The position numbers were made by a program, and so were the translations under genes. The notes beneath the pieces are model-generated. The model did no database searches. It was not told the origin of the DNA and saw only the letters and a list, made by a program, of their open reading frames with translations. A DNA stretch of 64,000 nt from Eledone cirrhosa (taxonomy: Eukaryota): assembly GCA_964016885.1 (NCBI GenBank), contig OZ024740.1:92876001-92940000 (forward strand), given 5' to 3'. Positions within the stretch are counted from its first letter, which is position 1, and each line of letters begins with the position of its first letter. This document shows positions 1 through 17,693 of the stretch, piece by piece.

Positions 1-400
1 GTCTTACTACGACGTCGGAGGATGGTCTGCCACAGCATTTTATTTATGGATCTGAAGTTGGATTCCAATTTCACCCAAAAGAAACGACCATGCCATAGCT
101 TTGGACGCATTTACTCTCTTTGCACTGGTTTTTAATGTCTGTTCGAACCGGCTGTGCGAGAAGGAGGACTTATTTCCATGTCAAAATTCATCAGCACCCG
201 CATTCTTCTCTCAGATGGCATATTTGACATGTTGATGTTATCAATTAGTCCTCATCCCATCCGGCGTTACACCATGCCTCTTTCTCCTGCATAATTTATC
301 ACCTGAATTAGAAATTGCTGCTCTAAACAATCTCCACTTTGTCCCAATTTCCTTCGTGGTAGTCTTGCCAAGAAGTATATTCTTGATTTTTCGATAATGA
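1..400 (-). mobile_element. Degenerate RTE-type (Rex3/Expander-like) LINE, EN-RT linker region, continuing beyond the left edge
   Basis: Manual minus-strand translation, with frameshifts, gives IGTKWRLFRAAISNSGDKLCRRK and KLESNFRSINKMLWQTILRRR, resembling the RTE linker pattern (IESEW.MF..SI..AA...CGRK; EKDFRTASKRFWQTIRRLR). Confidence 0.55.
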
Positions 401-779
401 AACGGCATACGATAGTGTTCCTCACGACATGCTGTAGAATGTTCTGCAGGACTAAGGGATCTATGGTCAGTTGCTTGCAGCGCTGAGGTTTTTAAACGTA
501 TGCCCTTGTGTATATGTGCGGATAACTGGTGCTGAATCGAAACTATTCATTTTAGGATTCAGACAATCCCTGGGTGCGTACTGTCACATTTTCTGTTCAT
601 TATTTACTTGAACAGTAATGCCACGCGCAGCCGGGTTGGAAGTTGTATAGTGACTGAAGGGTGTAAAATCAGTCAGCTGGAACTTGCATGCTGTTATGAA
701 CTCAAGAGAAAATGATCTCCAACGTGCACTCGATATGATTTAGGCCGAGTGATAAATGGCTGGAATGAAAATAATTGCT

Positions 780-1500
780 GAGAAAATAGACTCTCGTCTC
801 ACAAGGAAGCCTGCGAAGTGCTTCCTACATGTGAATGGAATTCCAATCAAACAGGTAGGGAAGGTACAAATATTGGATTCACAAGTGGCAGAACTAATCG
901 AAGATTTACAGGAGCTGGTGCATTAATGTGCCAGCTTCAACATTCATTAATATAACGAAAGGAGGTAGGCGTAAAAGCCAATCTCAATAACTTCAATTCA
1001 TCATTCGTGCCAAAACCTTCTTCTTGTTATGATTCGTTTGTATTGACTGGAAGGATGCAATCGTGAATACAAGCTGTCAAAGTGCAGCTCCCCAGAGCTG
1101 TGTTAGGTGTAACGTTACATGATAGTGTGCGTAGCCCAGAGTTCAGAGTGTCACTCCGGGTAGAACCGCTACGTCTTTTAATGGAGAATTCACAGCTCCG
1201 ATACTATAAGCATATGGTTAGAATGTCTAAGGAGAAATCGCTTAACAGATTTTACGGGCAAAACCATCAGGTATGAGACCCGGTGCTAGATCCCGAGCAA
1301 GATGTGTAGATAACATGTACGAGCTTGGCTGGACTTTCTTGGGGATCCAGCCGGTTCAGTTGGAGACGGTTGATTCGGAAAGTATAAACTGGAACGAATG
1401 TTTGAGAATTCTTCCACACGACAATATCAGGAATACTTTGGAGAAGACGAAGAAGAAGAAGAAGAAGAAGAAGAAGAAGAAGAAGAAGAAGAAGAAGAAG

Positions 1501-1530
<30 letters not shown>
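780..1530 (+). mobile_element. RTE-type LINE 3' end (post-RT region) with (GAA)n tail
   Basis: LHVNGIPIKQV; ORF 1082-1276 RSPEFRVSLRVEPLRLLMENSQLRYYKHMVRM; RPGARSRARCVD; ends in (GAA)n at about 1443-1530. Confidence 0.7.
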
Positions 1531-1531
<1 letters not shown>

Positions 1532-1535
1532 GGAT

Positions 1536-1601
<66 letters not shown>

Positions 1602-1629
1602 AAACATAATAATAATAATAATAATAATA

Positions 1630-3200
1630 GTTCACCATAGGAAAGCTGCTGAGGAGTTCAGACATTAATCTTGATCGGGGGATTGTGATAAGAGAACTTG
1701 ATCAAGAAAAAACTTACAAATATCTAGGTGTTTGTGAAGGAGGCGGAATCAAGCACTCGACAATGAGGGAAAGGATAAGGAAGGAATGTTACCGCAGAGT
1801 CAGAGCAATCTTAAGAACGGAATTGAATGCAAGGAATAGGATCGATGCCATAAACACGCTTGCCATACCAGTAGTAACCTACAGTTACAATGTCATCAAC
1901 TGGTCAAGCACAGAGATCCGTAGGCTCGATACAAAAATTCGAAAACTCTTAACCATGCACATAATGCATCACCCTAAGGCAGATATAGATAGAATATATC
2001 TCCCTAGGAAAGAAGGAGGACGTGGGTTAATCCAGTTAGACATTGCGTTGAAAACTGCAACAATTGGATTATCTACATATCTAAGGGAATCACATGATTG
2101 GAGGATCAAACTCGTTTTGAAACACGAAAGCATTAAAAGATCATATTCCATTACAAAAGATGCACAAATATACAGTAATGGACTACAAATTTCAGAAGTC
2201 CCATTTACTGCTGAAATGGAAAACACAGAAAAAGCAAAGCAGGTAAAAGTAACTGCAAAGAAAGAACTGCTATAGAAACTGGCTAAGAAATGGCAAGAAA
2301 AGCCCCTGTATGGAAAATACCCAGAGCGAGCTAACAATCCTGATGTTGACAAAACTTTAGCCCATCAGTGGTTGGCATCCTCTGGACTGAAATTGGAGAC
2401 TGAAGGACTGATTATATCAGCACAAGATCACTGTCTGCCAACAAAAAATTACCAATCCAACATAATAAAAAATGGATGCAGCCCATTATGCCGTGTTTGC
2501 AAAAAACAACCAGAGACCATTGACCATATAATTTCAATTTGCAGTCCTATAGCTCTAACCGAATACCTAAACAGGCATCACAGAGCTGCACAATACATAC
2601 ATTGGATAATGTGTAAGCATTTTGACCTGCCCCATCAAAAGTATTGGTGGGAGCATCAACCACCTCCCATACTTGAAAAAATATCACATCTCAATCTTTT
2701 GGAACTTTAGCATCCAAACAGACCGAAAAATAGATGCAAATATACCTGATATAATATTGAAGGACTTTAAAAAGAGGGTATGCCTGCTAATTGATATGTC
2801 TGTTCCAATAGACAAGAATGTATCTATAAAAACATTTGAAAAATTGAGCAAGTATAAGGACCTGCAGATAAAAATTGGAAAAATTTGGAAATTGAGAACT
2901 AAAACAATACCAGTGGTTGTAGGCGCTCTGGGAATGATACCTAAGAGGTCTAATGATTACTTATCGCAAATCCCAGGAAACCCGCGTATAGGAGAAATAC
3001 AACAGATAGTACTAATGGGAACTGCCCATGTACTAAGGAAGATTCTGTGAATATAAGTACATCACAAGTATAAACACTAAAAATGCATGTGTGAGTATAT
3101 ATGTTCTTTCTTGAACATGGCGGACCTTGTTGTCTCTTAAGGTCATTGGTTGTGACTTGGTGATAACTCGTATGAAAATAAAGCAAGGTAAATGCAACTG
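1630..3200 (+). mobile_element. 5'-truncated R4/Dong-clade non-LTR retrotransposon, copy 1 (RT C-terminus, CCHC knuckle, restriction-like endonuclease), pseudogenised
   Basis: YKYLG, RIYLPRKEGGRGL, CRVC..QPETIDHIISIC, RHH, PDIIL...LLIDMS...K.SKY in ORFs 1685-2275, 2372-2710 and 2622-3050; (TAA)n on both sides. Confidence 0.9.
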
Positions 3201-3222
3201 TAATAATAATAATAATAATAAT

Positions 3223-4662
3223 CGACAATGAGGAAAGGATAAGGAAGGAATGTTACCGCAGATTAAGAGCAATCTTAAGAACGGAATTGAATGCAAGTAA
3301 TAGGATCGATGCGATAAACACGCATGCCATACCGGTAGTAACCTACAGTTACAATGTCATCAACTGGTGAAGCACAGAGATCCGTAGGCTCGATACAAAA
3401 ATTACAAAATTCTTAACCATGCACAGAATGCATCACCCTAAGGCAGATATAGATAGAATATATCTCCCTAGGAAAGAAGGATGACGTGGGTTAATCCAGT
3501 TAGACATTGCGTTGAAAACTGCAACAATTGGATTATCTACATATCTAAGGGAATCACATGATTGGATGATCAAACTCGTTTTGAAACACGAAAGCATCAA
3601 AAGATCATACTCTATTACAAAAGATGCACAAAGATACAGTAATGGACTACAAATTTCAGAAGTCCCATTTACTGCCGAAATGGAAAACACAGAAAAAGCA
3701 AAGCAGGTAAAATTAACTACAAAGAAAGAAATGCTACAGAAACTGGCTAAGAAATTGCAAGAAAAGCCTCTGTATGGAAAATACCCAGAACGAGCTAACA
3801 ATCCTGATGTTGACAAAACTTTAACGCATCAGTGGTTGGCATCCTCTGGACTGAAATCGGAGACTGAAGGACTGATTATATCAGCACAAGATCAGTGCCT
3901 GCGAACAAAAAATTACCAAGCCAACATAATAAAAAATGGATGCAGCCCATTATGCCGTGTATGCAAAAAACAACCAGAGACCATTGACCATATAATTTCA
4001 ATGTGCAGTCCTATAGCTCCAACCGAATACCTAAACAGGCATGACAGAGCTGCACAATACATACATTGGATAATGTGTAAGCATTCTGACCTGCCCCATC
4101 AAAAGAATTGGTGGGAGCATCAACCACCTCACATACTTGAAAAAGATCACATCTCAATCTTGTGGAACTTTAGCATCCAAACAGACCGAAAAATAGATGC
4201 AAATAGACCTGATATAATATTGAAGGACTTTAAAAAGAGGGTATGCCTGCTAATTGATATGTCCTTTCCAATAGACAAGAATGTATCTATAAAAACATTT
4301 GAAAAATTGAGCAAGTATAAGGACCTGGAGATAGAAAGTGGAAAAATGTGGAAATTTAGAACTAAAACAATATCAGTTGTTGTATGCGCTCTGGGAATGA
4401 TACCTAAGGGGTCGAATGATTACTTATCACAAATCCCAGGAAACCCGCGTATAGGAGAAATACAAAATATAGTACTAATGGGAACTGCCCATATACTAAG
4501 GAAGATTCTGTTAATATAATAACATTACAAGTCTAAACACTAAAGATGCCTGTGTGAGTATGTATGTTCTTTTTTGAACATGGCGAACCTTGTTGTCTCT
4601 TGAGGTCACTGGTTGTGACTTGGTGATAACTCGTATGAACATAAAGCAAGATAAATGCAACT

Positions 4663-4663
<1 letters not shown>
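3223..4663 (+). mobile_element. 5'-truncated R4/Dong-clade non-LTR retrotransposon, copy 2
   Basis: ORF 3512-4519 has CCHC, RHD and RPD..D..K REL motifs; same 3' end as copy 1 (taaatgcaactg) followed by (TAA)n at 4664-4727. Confidence 0.9.
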
Positions 4664-4726
<63 letters not shown>

Positions 4727-4727
<1 letters not shown>

Positions 4728-4905
4728 TGTTTCTACTTTAGGCACAAGGCCAGCAATTACCAGTGCATTACTGGTACTTTATTTCATCGACCCCGTGAGG
4801 ATGAAAGGCAAACTTAACCTCGGCGGGATTTGAACTCAGAATGGCAACTCTATGCATCAAAGCATGGCGTCCGACCCTCTATCGATACTGCCAATCCACC
4901 GCTCT
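4727..4905 (-). mobile_element. tRNA-derived SINE (cephalopod-type)
   Basis: Reverse strand shows A-box-like TGGCAGTATCG, B-box GAGTTCAAATCCC, central GCCTTTCATCC..GGGGTCGATGAAATAAAGTACCAG and end GTAGAAACAATTATT; inside an (ATT)n tract. Confidence 0.85.
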
Positions 4906-5054
4906 TAATAATAATAATAATAATAATAATAAGAAGAAGAAGAAGAAATATGTGTGTTTGTGCGTGTTTCTATATGTGAGTGTAGGTAATTTATGAATGT
5001 TTGTATGCCTGTATATGAGGATGTATGTTGAGTAGCACATGCCAGTTTGCAAAT

Positions 5055-6470
5055 TATTTGTGGACCTTACCAAAGGCTTCGATGCCCTTAGTCGTAGTTC
5101 TTTGTGGATTATAAATTTGATTTGCTGGAATATTCAAAGAACTCCCAAACAATGTGACAACAAATGTGAGCTGCAGTGGGCCACATTTAGAGACAATGTG
5201 TCAATCAAAGCAACATAGCTCCTCCTAATCTGTTCTCCATCTACACTGCTGCGCTGCTGACACATGCCTTCCCAACGCTGAAATCCATTATACTTGCTTA
5301 ATAGAACATCTGGCAATGGCTCTAATATGAGTTGTTTTAAAACCTAGTCCAAAATATCTGGCAATATTTTCAGGAGATTCCTGCATACTGATGATACAGA
5401 TTTTGTAAAAATACAAACAGTTAATGCTGGATACTTTCAGCTAAGCCCGAACTCTTTGGGGCTTATTATTAGTATAAAGGGCGGTGAATTGGCAGTATGG
5501 GTAGCATAGTTTCTAGCATAGTTACGTCCCTTTACCGTCTGAGTTCATATCCCGCCGAGGTTAACTTTGCCTTTCATCCTTACGGGGTCGATAAAATAAA
5601 GTACTAGTAATGTACTGGGTAATTGCTGACCTTGTGCCTGAAGTAGAACCAATTATTAGTATAAACATGTCAAAGGTCATCCACATTCAATCAGTTGGGA
5701 ATGATTATCTGGAGCAAGAAAGTTTCGTGAGAGTAAAATTATTTGAAGTGGTGGACAGCTTTGAGTAGCTCTGAAGTATATTTAGTAGGGATGGTACACT
5801 CGATGCTGAAATAGATCATATGTTTGTGAAAACGAGTCCTGACTTCGGGAAGCTTGAGAAGCGAATATGGTCATATTGGGAGGTAACGAGAAACACCAAA
5901 CTCTGTCTCTGTAAATCTTGTATTCTTACAGACTTGCTATTGGGATGTGAAATGTTGGCAACTTCCAGGCATCACATCACGCATCTGGAAATATAATCAG
6001 CATCGTATCCGACGAATCCTGAACCTTGAGTGATCCACCTACACATCTCATACTGATTTCTTGAGTAATCAGTATTGAGAGAATGATTATTATGAATCAG
6101 ATGCGTTGGGCTAGTCTGCTTAAACAGTTATCATAATGGGAGCTGACCGGAAGGAAACAAGCTATGTCCTAAAGTAAAGCAGCAGGATAGGGATGTCATA
6201 CAATACAATCTTAAAGCTCTGACAATTGCTATAGAGAACTGGAAAAACACAAGCTAAAGGTCGTACATCATGCAGAATGATAATCAAGTATGTATGCTAT
6301 GTCAGTGAGATAAAGCTAGTGGACATGTTATTTTGCAGTTTTTACATCGGAAATGGGACCCAAGTTAAGTGCCTCCAAAATTTCAGCAGGATTTCAGATG
6401 CAATTTATGTGACTGATTTCCTCGAACAAGAGATGTATTTGTAAACCACCTAATATCACATGAACCAGGG
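5055..6470 (+). mobile_element. Highly degenerate RTE-type LINE (RT to C-terminal zinc finger), interrupted by a SINE
   Basis: FVDLTKGFDALSRSSLW (about 5058-5108); EVVDSF..L.SIFSRDGTLDAEID (about 5745-5816); FRCNLCD...FVNHLISH (about 6392-6460); many stops. Confidence 0.7.
5478..5652 (+). mobile_element. tRNA-derived SINE copy with target-site duplication
   Basis: Same family as 4727-4905; ATTATTAGTATAAA present on both flanks. Confidence 0.85.
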
Positions 6471-8151
6471 CGAAATCGCCCACTTGTGAGATGCTTTTAC
6501 CGCCATGTACTCCAGTGTGCATTTGAAGTGAGTGAGGCGTAAATTTCAAGTAAGCTGGTGGACTAAACAAACATGGTAGAAGGAATGAAAACACCCCAGC
6601 TGGTATTGCCAGGAGATAGAAAGTCTAAATGGCATATGTCTGTACATGCATAGATTACAAAAGGGGGTTTGCAATGACATCCGTGTTCATATGATCGTGC
6701 AAATATCTCCGAGGGTATAACATTTTTCAGAAAAAAAGGTAACAATCAGAATGTATGTATGTATGTGAGAATAAATGTATAATTTTTTGGCGTTTCGTGC
6801 GCATATATTCGGTCAACTGAGTATCTTTCTGTGTGTAAGTATTATATAATATATTTCGCCGTCGAAAATAAATGATATGGCATAGTGTCATTCACAAAAT
6901 GTATTTGTCAACATTGCTCTTCTCTCATTCACGTGGCTTTACTACTTTTATAAATAACATGACGTTTGCTTTGTGACTCTTCTTCGAAAGTAGTGATCAT
7001 TGTTCGGTATTGCTATATGCGTGAAACTATTACAACAGATGACTATAATGATGTAATGCTCAACGAGCATTTATTTAAGGGCCATGTGTTGTATGTTTAC
7101 CCTTTTGGGATATAAAAGATAAATATTATACAGAGCAGATGATTATTATTATTGGAAAATTAAACATATAATGATAATACGCTAAATAAAGGAGATACTT
7201 GTATTGGGAGTACTATGAAAATATGCAAAATAATATGTGTTAATACTCAGAGATTAATGTGTGCGATTCGTATAGAGATGTCAATCAAAGAGAAGAGAAT
7301 ATATTTCCGTTATGATATATTTAAATGATTATGATTTACACGAAGAAATGTTCGTACGATATTTGTAGTGGAAGACCTATTCCGAATAGGTTAAATTGCC
7401 GTACGTTCTGTTAATCAACACAGAATTTACATTGCTATATTGATGGCTGCATTTTCAATGGTAATATAGTATTGACGTTACCAAACAGACGCATGCTACC
7501 GCTATATCAAACTGAATACACACCTTGTATTGATTGATGTATCAAATTCAACGTTATATAATTCTCTGATTCAATTTTTTTTATTTTAATGTTCAGTATC
7601 GGCACATGCAGTAATTAGATTCAATTATGAAAGTATATTTGGTATTACTGATTTCCACTGATGGAGTCAGTTACGCCATCCTTAATTTTAAATGCAACAT
7701 TCTTGAGTGTATCTCCAACAATATATATGATTGTGAAAATATAAGCATATTTGTGTGTGTTCTCCAATCCTGTTCAACTAGTACGTCAGTCACCATTGGA
7801 TGATAATATTATAAGTGGGTACTACGTGAAATTTCTATGAAACATGTCGAAATATAAAAGATATACCACAAGCCAAATATATATGTCTAAGCATAAACGT
7901 ATATATAACAAATTCAATATATAAATGGCTTCTAATGGAAATGTGTGCGTGTGTGTGTATGTATATATGAGTTTGTCTTTTGTATATCGATGTATGAATC
8001 TATCTATATTTGAGAGGGAAGTAGCAATATATTGCACAAGCAATATACCGTGAATCTATACTAAATATATATTCTTTAGAATGATATGTATATATGTGTA
8101 CGTATGTATCTGTGTGTATCTCTGTGTATGTATATATATATATATATATAT

Positions 8152-8868
<717 letters not shown>

Positions 8869-8869
8869 C

Positions 8870-11800
8870 TGATTACTTTAACTGTGATAGGTTTCGGCCA
8901 GTATTGGCCCAGGCCATGTCTCATTTAATAGCACCACCTGTCTAAGTCTTATAAACCAGTGTTTGGGCACCATGGCCCACTCGACCAGAGATTTATTGTT
9001 TACATAGGCATGTCCAGGTGTAGGAGGCTTATCCGGAATTTCTCAGCGTAACTTATCCAAAGACTTCTTGAACTTGATGGGATCTGTCTCTGCTGTGATG
9101 TGTATTGGTGCAATATTAAAGAGTGCAGGGCCATTTGAGGTAAAATAATTGTGCCGTATTGTTGTTATGTGATGCGAGTAAGATTTTTGTCGTGGGCGGA
9201 TAGCACAGGGCCCACGCCTTGGTTGTACACTAAAGGTGATGCCAACATCATTTGGACAAAGCTGATGGAATATTTTCCACATCATATAGATAATTTAGCG
9301 CTCACGGCGACGTTGGAAAGAATAATGTTTGAGCGTTTCTAATCGACTCCAATAGTCAAGGCCTGTTATGCCCTCTATCTGTTTGGTAATTGACATTTGG
9401 GGTGCTTCAACTTTCATAATACTTTGTTTCGTGTGGGGTGCCCACAGTATACAGCAGTATTCAAGGCGGGGTCGGGCAAAAGTGGAGAAGAGAAGGATAA
9501 CAGTGTGGATATCTCTTGACTGGAAAGTTCTATGAATCCAGGAACACATTATGCGGGCCATATCAAATTTGCTGTTTAAATGAGTGGCCCAGCTTATGGT
9601 GTTGTCCACAATTACTCCTAGGTCACTGATGTTATTGGATGACACTAGATTTTCACCCGAAGGAAGAGGTTATGGTAGTTTCAGGGCATGAATTTTTCCA
9701 AAGTGGATTAATTCAAATTTATCCTCATTCAACAGCATATTATTCATTTCTGCCCATTGGATAACAGCCAGTAGGACTGAGTGAAGGCAAGTCCGGTCAC
9801 CCACCTCATTGATGACCCTTTGGAGCTTGGCATCATCTGCAGACATTCTGATGTTGCTGTGCTTGATGATGTCAGTAATGTCATTAATGTAGATGATGAA
9901 AAGAAAGTGGCCCAAGACAGTGCCTTGTGGAACGCCACTGCTGAATTTGGGAGGGCTTGATTTTACTCCTTCGACTACTACATGGGGGATCTGCCTGTCT
10001 GGAAACATTTGATCCACTATAGTAACCTTCCAGAGACACCGACATTGGATAGTTTATTCAGTAGAATCTTATGATCAAACCTGTTGAAGGCCTTGGTGAA
10101 GTCAATGTAGATGACATCAGTGTTGGAGCCCTCTCCAAAGGCTCTCAAACCATTGTCAAATGATGCAGGAGCTGCGTTAGGCAGTCCCTTCCATTACAGA
10201 ACCCATGTTGGTTGGAGTTCAGCAGGCCATTGCTTTCAAGAAAGTGGGTTATTCGTGATCTCCCCACCCTCTCAAATACATTGATAATATGAGAGGTGAG
10301 TGAGATCGGACGGTAGTTCACTGCACGGGACTTATTTCCCTTTTTGAAGACTGGGACAACGGAATAGGACAGAAAGTGTTCAGGAATATAGCCAGTGTCC
10401 AGTGAGTTCCTCCACATTTTAGCAAGAGGAGATGCAAGTTGGTGTCGACACACCTTCACGACACAAGTAGGGAACCTGCCAGGGCCTACTGCTGAATTGT
10501 GTTTAATTTCGTTTATTGCCGCTAAGACATCAAGGGCGCCAAACGTTATGTCTGATATAGTGTGCTGGGGGTTAACATCACTGATACGGCCCAGACTAGC
10601 CATATCATCATTGCTGAAAACAGAGCAGTATTGTTTCTGCAGTCTCTCGCCCATGGTTTTGGCATTGCACTGGAGTGTTCCATTTTCCAAAACTAGGGGC
10701 CCAACAGTGGAGACGGTGACCTTGTGCGAATGAAAATATACCTTGGGGTTGAGTTTGATTTTCTCAATGGCCCAGCTCTCTTCAGCTATTCTCTGGTTAT
10801 TGATGATGGTCATCATGCATTGCTGGAGGTTATATTTGTTTGACTCAAGCAGGGTGATAGCCATTGAATGTGTGTGTTGCTGTTGGCAGTATTTTAGTGT
10901 GTTAATTGTTTTGTTTGTTCTTTTTATTTTTCTGATAATTGTTTTTTTCTGTTTTGGGGGATATTGCACTTGGTTTTGTTCACAGGTTTTGGTTGGTGTG
11001 TTTTGTACATATATTTGTGACAGTATCTACAAATATCTGCTAAGATGTTTTGATGTTGGTGGAAGTGTGTGCGTGTGTAAAAGACCAGTCGACATGTGAT
11101 ATTTCGTTCATAATTGCATCCCAGTTGGCATTGTAGAGGTCCCTGTTATCAAATAGGTGGGCTGAAGAGAGAACTCTGGGATCAGCTTTCGGCTGGTGGA
11201 ATCTCTGGTTACAAACAGCTAAGTCATCGTCTGAGAGAAGGGTTTTTTTCCACTGTAATATTATGTATAATGTTAATGTGTTTACTAAACACTAGATCCA
11301 TAATTTTCTTCTGATGCCTCGTTGGTGCAAGGACAAGTTGGGACAAGAAAAACTCATTCAGGAAGTCAAGTTGTGACGCAAATTGTACTTGTCAGTGGTT
11401 GAGTCTGTGGAGCCTGGTTTCAAACTACATCTTGACCAATCGATACAGGGTAGATTAAAGTTTCCCATCAGAAGTATGTTGCTAGAATGGCACTGTTTCA
11501 TAAAGCATTCAATACTGTTGAGGCATTCTTTGAAGCAGATTATGGGTGTTTGTGTTCGCCTATAGAGCCCAACTAATGTCAGGTCATTGGCTTTATTGTG
11601 CACAGTGACTGATTCACAGAATCCATTAGAGAACGTTGTGTTGCATTCTGCCGTAAAGGAATCACACAGGAAAATGGCAGTTCCACTCTTCCTTCTGCCA
11701 ACACGATCCGCACGGATTGTTGTGATATTTCTCACTCTTACTTCGCCCTCAAAGTGGGAGTTGTCAAGGTGGGTCTCAGTAAGAATGAAGAAGGGGATGT

Positions 11801-11990
11801 GAAATGGATGGTTACCAAACCAATCCCCAATGAATTGGATCTTCCATGTCTGTGCATTGATGGATGGGCTGATATATTTTGTATTAAGTAACAATGTGGA
11901 AGCAAGTGTGGTGGCTGGTTTTGACTGTTGTAAGGGGCTTGTTTTGTGATTGTGTGTTAGTGACAGCAAGGATGGTGTAGGGGACATATG
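8870..11990 (-). mobile_element. CR1/L2-group LINE, near-complete frameshifted ORF2 (APE endonuclease + RT) and 3' end
   Basis: APE: ILTETHL, RADRVGRRKSGTAIF, LLMGNFNLP.IDW (11358-11987). RT: PVFKKGNKSRAVNYRPISLTS, QHGF, SGVPQGTVLG.FLFIIYIND, ADDAK, RPRLEYC. 3' stem-loop ggcc-aatact-ggcc. Confidence 0.9.
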
Positions 11991-12022
<32 letters not shown>

Positions 12023-12029
12023 TATATGT

Positions 12030-14661
<2,632 letters not shown>

Positions 14662-14810
14662 GCATATATATATATATATATATATATATAATGTTATTTT
14701 ATTTTATTATACATATTTCAGAGATACTGATCTATTTCAACAGTACATACTCATCAGATGAAATAGGTTGATGCTTAATGTTGATGGTTATAATTTAGTC
14801 ATGGCAGTAG

Positions 14811-14842
<32 letters not shown>

Positions 14843-15220
14843 ATGTATGTATGTATATATGTATGTGTGTGGATGTGTCAGTGTGTGATTGTAAACATAT
14901 CATTTGCAGACTTCACCATCCTTTAATTAAGCATGTTAATACAGCTACTAATATAAACAATTCTTTGTTTGCTTAGAATAAATGTCCCTGGAATATCAAT
15001 TGTGTGCATTCGTATCACTCTGTCGCTAGGCATTTTTCTCTAAAGATACTTTTTTTCAAAGCATCCCCATTCTTTAAATCCGTCGGCTAATGTTCTCTTT
15101 CTTCCCAAACACCACCAACAGATAATGTACAAATACCACCATACCAAATTGACAGTCGGCTTACTCGATGATACCCTTCGAAGGAACAATTCTAGTCATA
15201 TAGAAGAATATATACATTAA

Positions 15221-15319
<99 letters not shown>

Positions 15320-15497
15320 TATAGATAGATACAGATATGTATATATATACATACTGTTATACTTTGGGAAGGTCATATTGTTGTAATAATATTGCCAGAA
15401 ATAATAACAGAACTCACTCACTGTTTATAGATCCATAGGTACCTCATTAAGCAATCAATGTTTACCATTGATTGACCTAACCAACGGTTAAAAATGC

Positions 15498-15619
<122 letters not shown>

Positions 15620-15964
15620 TCTTTGCTAGACTCTATATGTATATATTTACATCTATATATTTAACCGTTCTCCAATCAATGATAAACATTGATTGCAAAA
15701 TGAATTAACTATGGAGATATAAACGATACAGAAGCGAATACCAGCCAAACAGTGTGCGTGTTCTGTTATTATTTCTGGATATATTATCACAACAGTATTA
15801 CTATCTCTAAGTAAAACAATATTTGTTTCGTCACACGATTCCATATGATAAAACCTTGCAAAACAAATATATATATATATGTGTGTTTGTGTATATGTGT
15901 ATGTGTGTGTGTATATGTGAGTGTCTGTGTGTATGTATATATCAACCATCTGGCAGAAGGGTAT

Positions 15965-16007
15965 ACGGTGCTGATGATAGCTAACAAGCTTGAAACTAGT
16001 TCATCGT
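15965..16007 (+). ncRNA. Minimal type I hammerhead ribozyme (family A)
   Basis: ACGGTG CTGATGA TAGCTAACAAGCTT GAAA CTAG TT / CATCGT (GUU triplet). Confidence 0.75.
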
Positions 16008-16172
16008 TCCTGTGTCATTGTTGAACAAAAAGGTGACGTGGTTGCCTTAACACCGTACGGCATAAATTCAGGCTGTTCAGTTTGTTTACAAACGAACAAA
16101 GCGGGCGTTATAATAAGCGACCGCTAAACTGATACGTACATATATGTATGTGTACCTGTGTGTATATATGTA

Positions 16173-16330
<158 letters not shown>

Positions 16331-16564
16331 CATGGTAATGTACGTCTGTATACATATATGTATGTACGTACACATACATACTTATATTTAAGTAAGTGCC
16401 GTACTAAGAGTGAGAAATGAAATTTCATTTTCATTGTATTACAACTTATCGTTTTCGGTACGACTGGCCGAACTCACTCGATATGCAAATTAGGCTGCTC
16501 AGCCGTTAATTTTCATAAGGAAAGTTTATACTTTCGAACGTTCAACCATCTGGCAGAAGGGTAT

Positions 16565-16607
16565 ACAGTGCTGATGATAGCTAACAAGCTTGAAACTAGT
16601 ACATCGT
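16565..16607 (+). ncRNA. Minimal type I hammerhead ribozyme (family A)
   Basis: ACAGTG CTGATGA TAGCTAACAAGCTT GAAA CTAG TA / CATCGT (one stem I mismatch). Confidence 0.7.
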
Positions 16608-16766
16608 TCCTGTGTCAGTGTTGAACAAAAAGTTGACGTGGTTGCCTTAACACCGTACGGCATAAATTCAGGCTGTTCAGTTTGTTTAAAAACGAACAAA
16701 GCGGGCGTTACAATAAGCGTCCGCTAAACTGATACGTACATATATGTATGTGTACCTGTATGTAGA

Positions 16767-16854
<88 letters not shown>

Positions 16855-16966
16855 TGCTACTGTACGTCTGTATACATATATGTATGTACGTATACATACA
16901 TACTTACATTTAAGTAAGTGCCGTACTAAGAGTGAGAAATGAAATTTCGTTTTCATTTTATTACAA

Positions 16967-17112
<146 letters not shown>

Positions 17113-17574
17113 GAGAAGAAAGAAAATACTGCATGGTTTGCACATGAGTTACATATCATAAAAATAGTCCTTCGTCAGTGATTTTCCAACCATCATTGGT
17201 ATTCCATCGCATTAAAAATCAGATACCTCAGGTTGGTGCGAGCAATAACTAAAAAAAGTTATTGGGACCAGAATTCGCGTAAGGCGAGGGCGACAAATAA
17301 ACAACATAGAAGGATAAAAGAAAACCGAAGATAGGAAAATAAACAAGCAACATGGTTGTTCGGTCAGCATAATCTGGATGGATTTCATGAGAGGGAGAGG
17401 TACAGACCGTGTTGATGTGTGTGAGATGTGAGCAAGGAGAGATCCACACAAGCCAAACGGGAAGAAGTCAGAAGGGGAGAAACAGAGAATGGGTGAGATA
17501 TACACGTTTATATAAGAACTCGTACACACAGACATGTATATATTTACCATATATATGAATGTGTATGTACATGT

Positions 17575-17693
<119 letters not shown>

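Noticed and set aside
8885-8925. ggcc-aatact-ggcc-GAAAC on the minus strand as a ribozyme
   Set aside because: No CUGANGA upstream; better explained as the CR1-type LINE 3' stem-loop.
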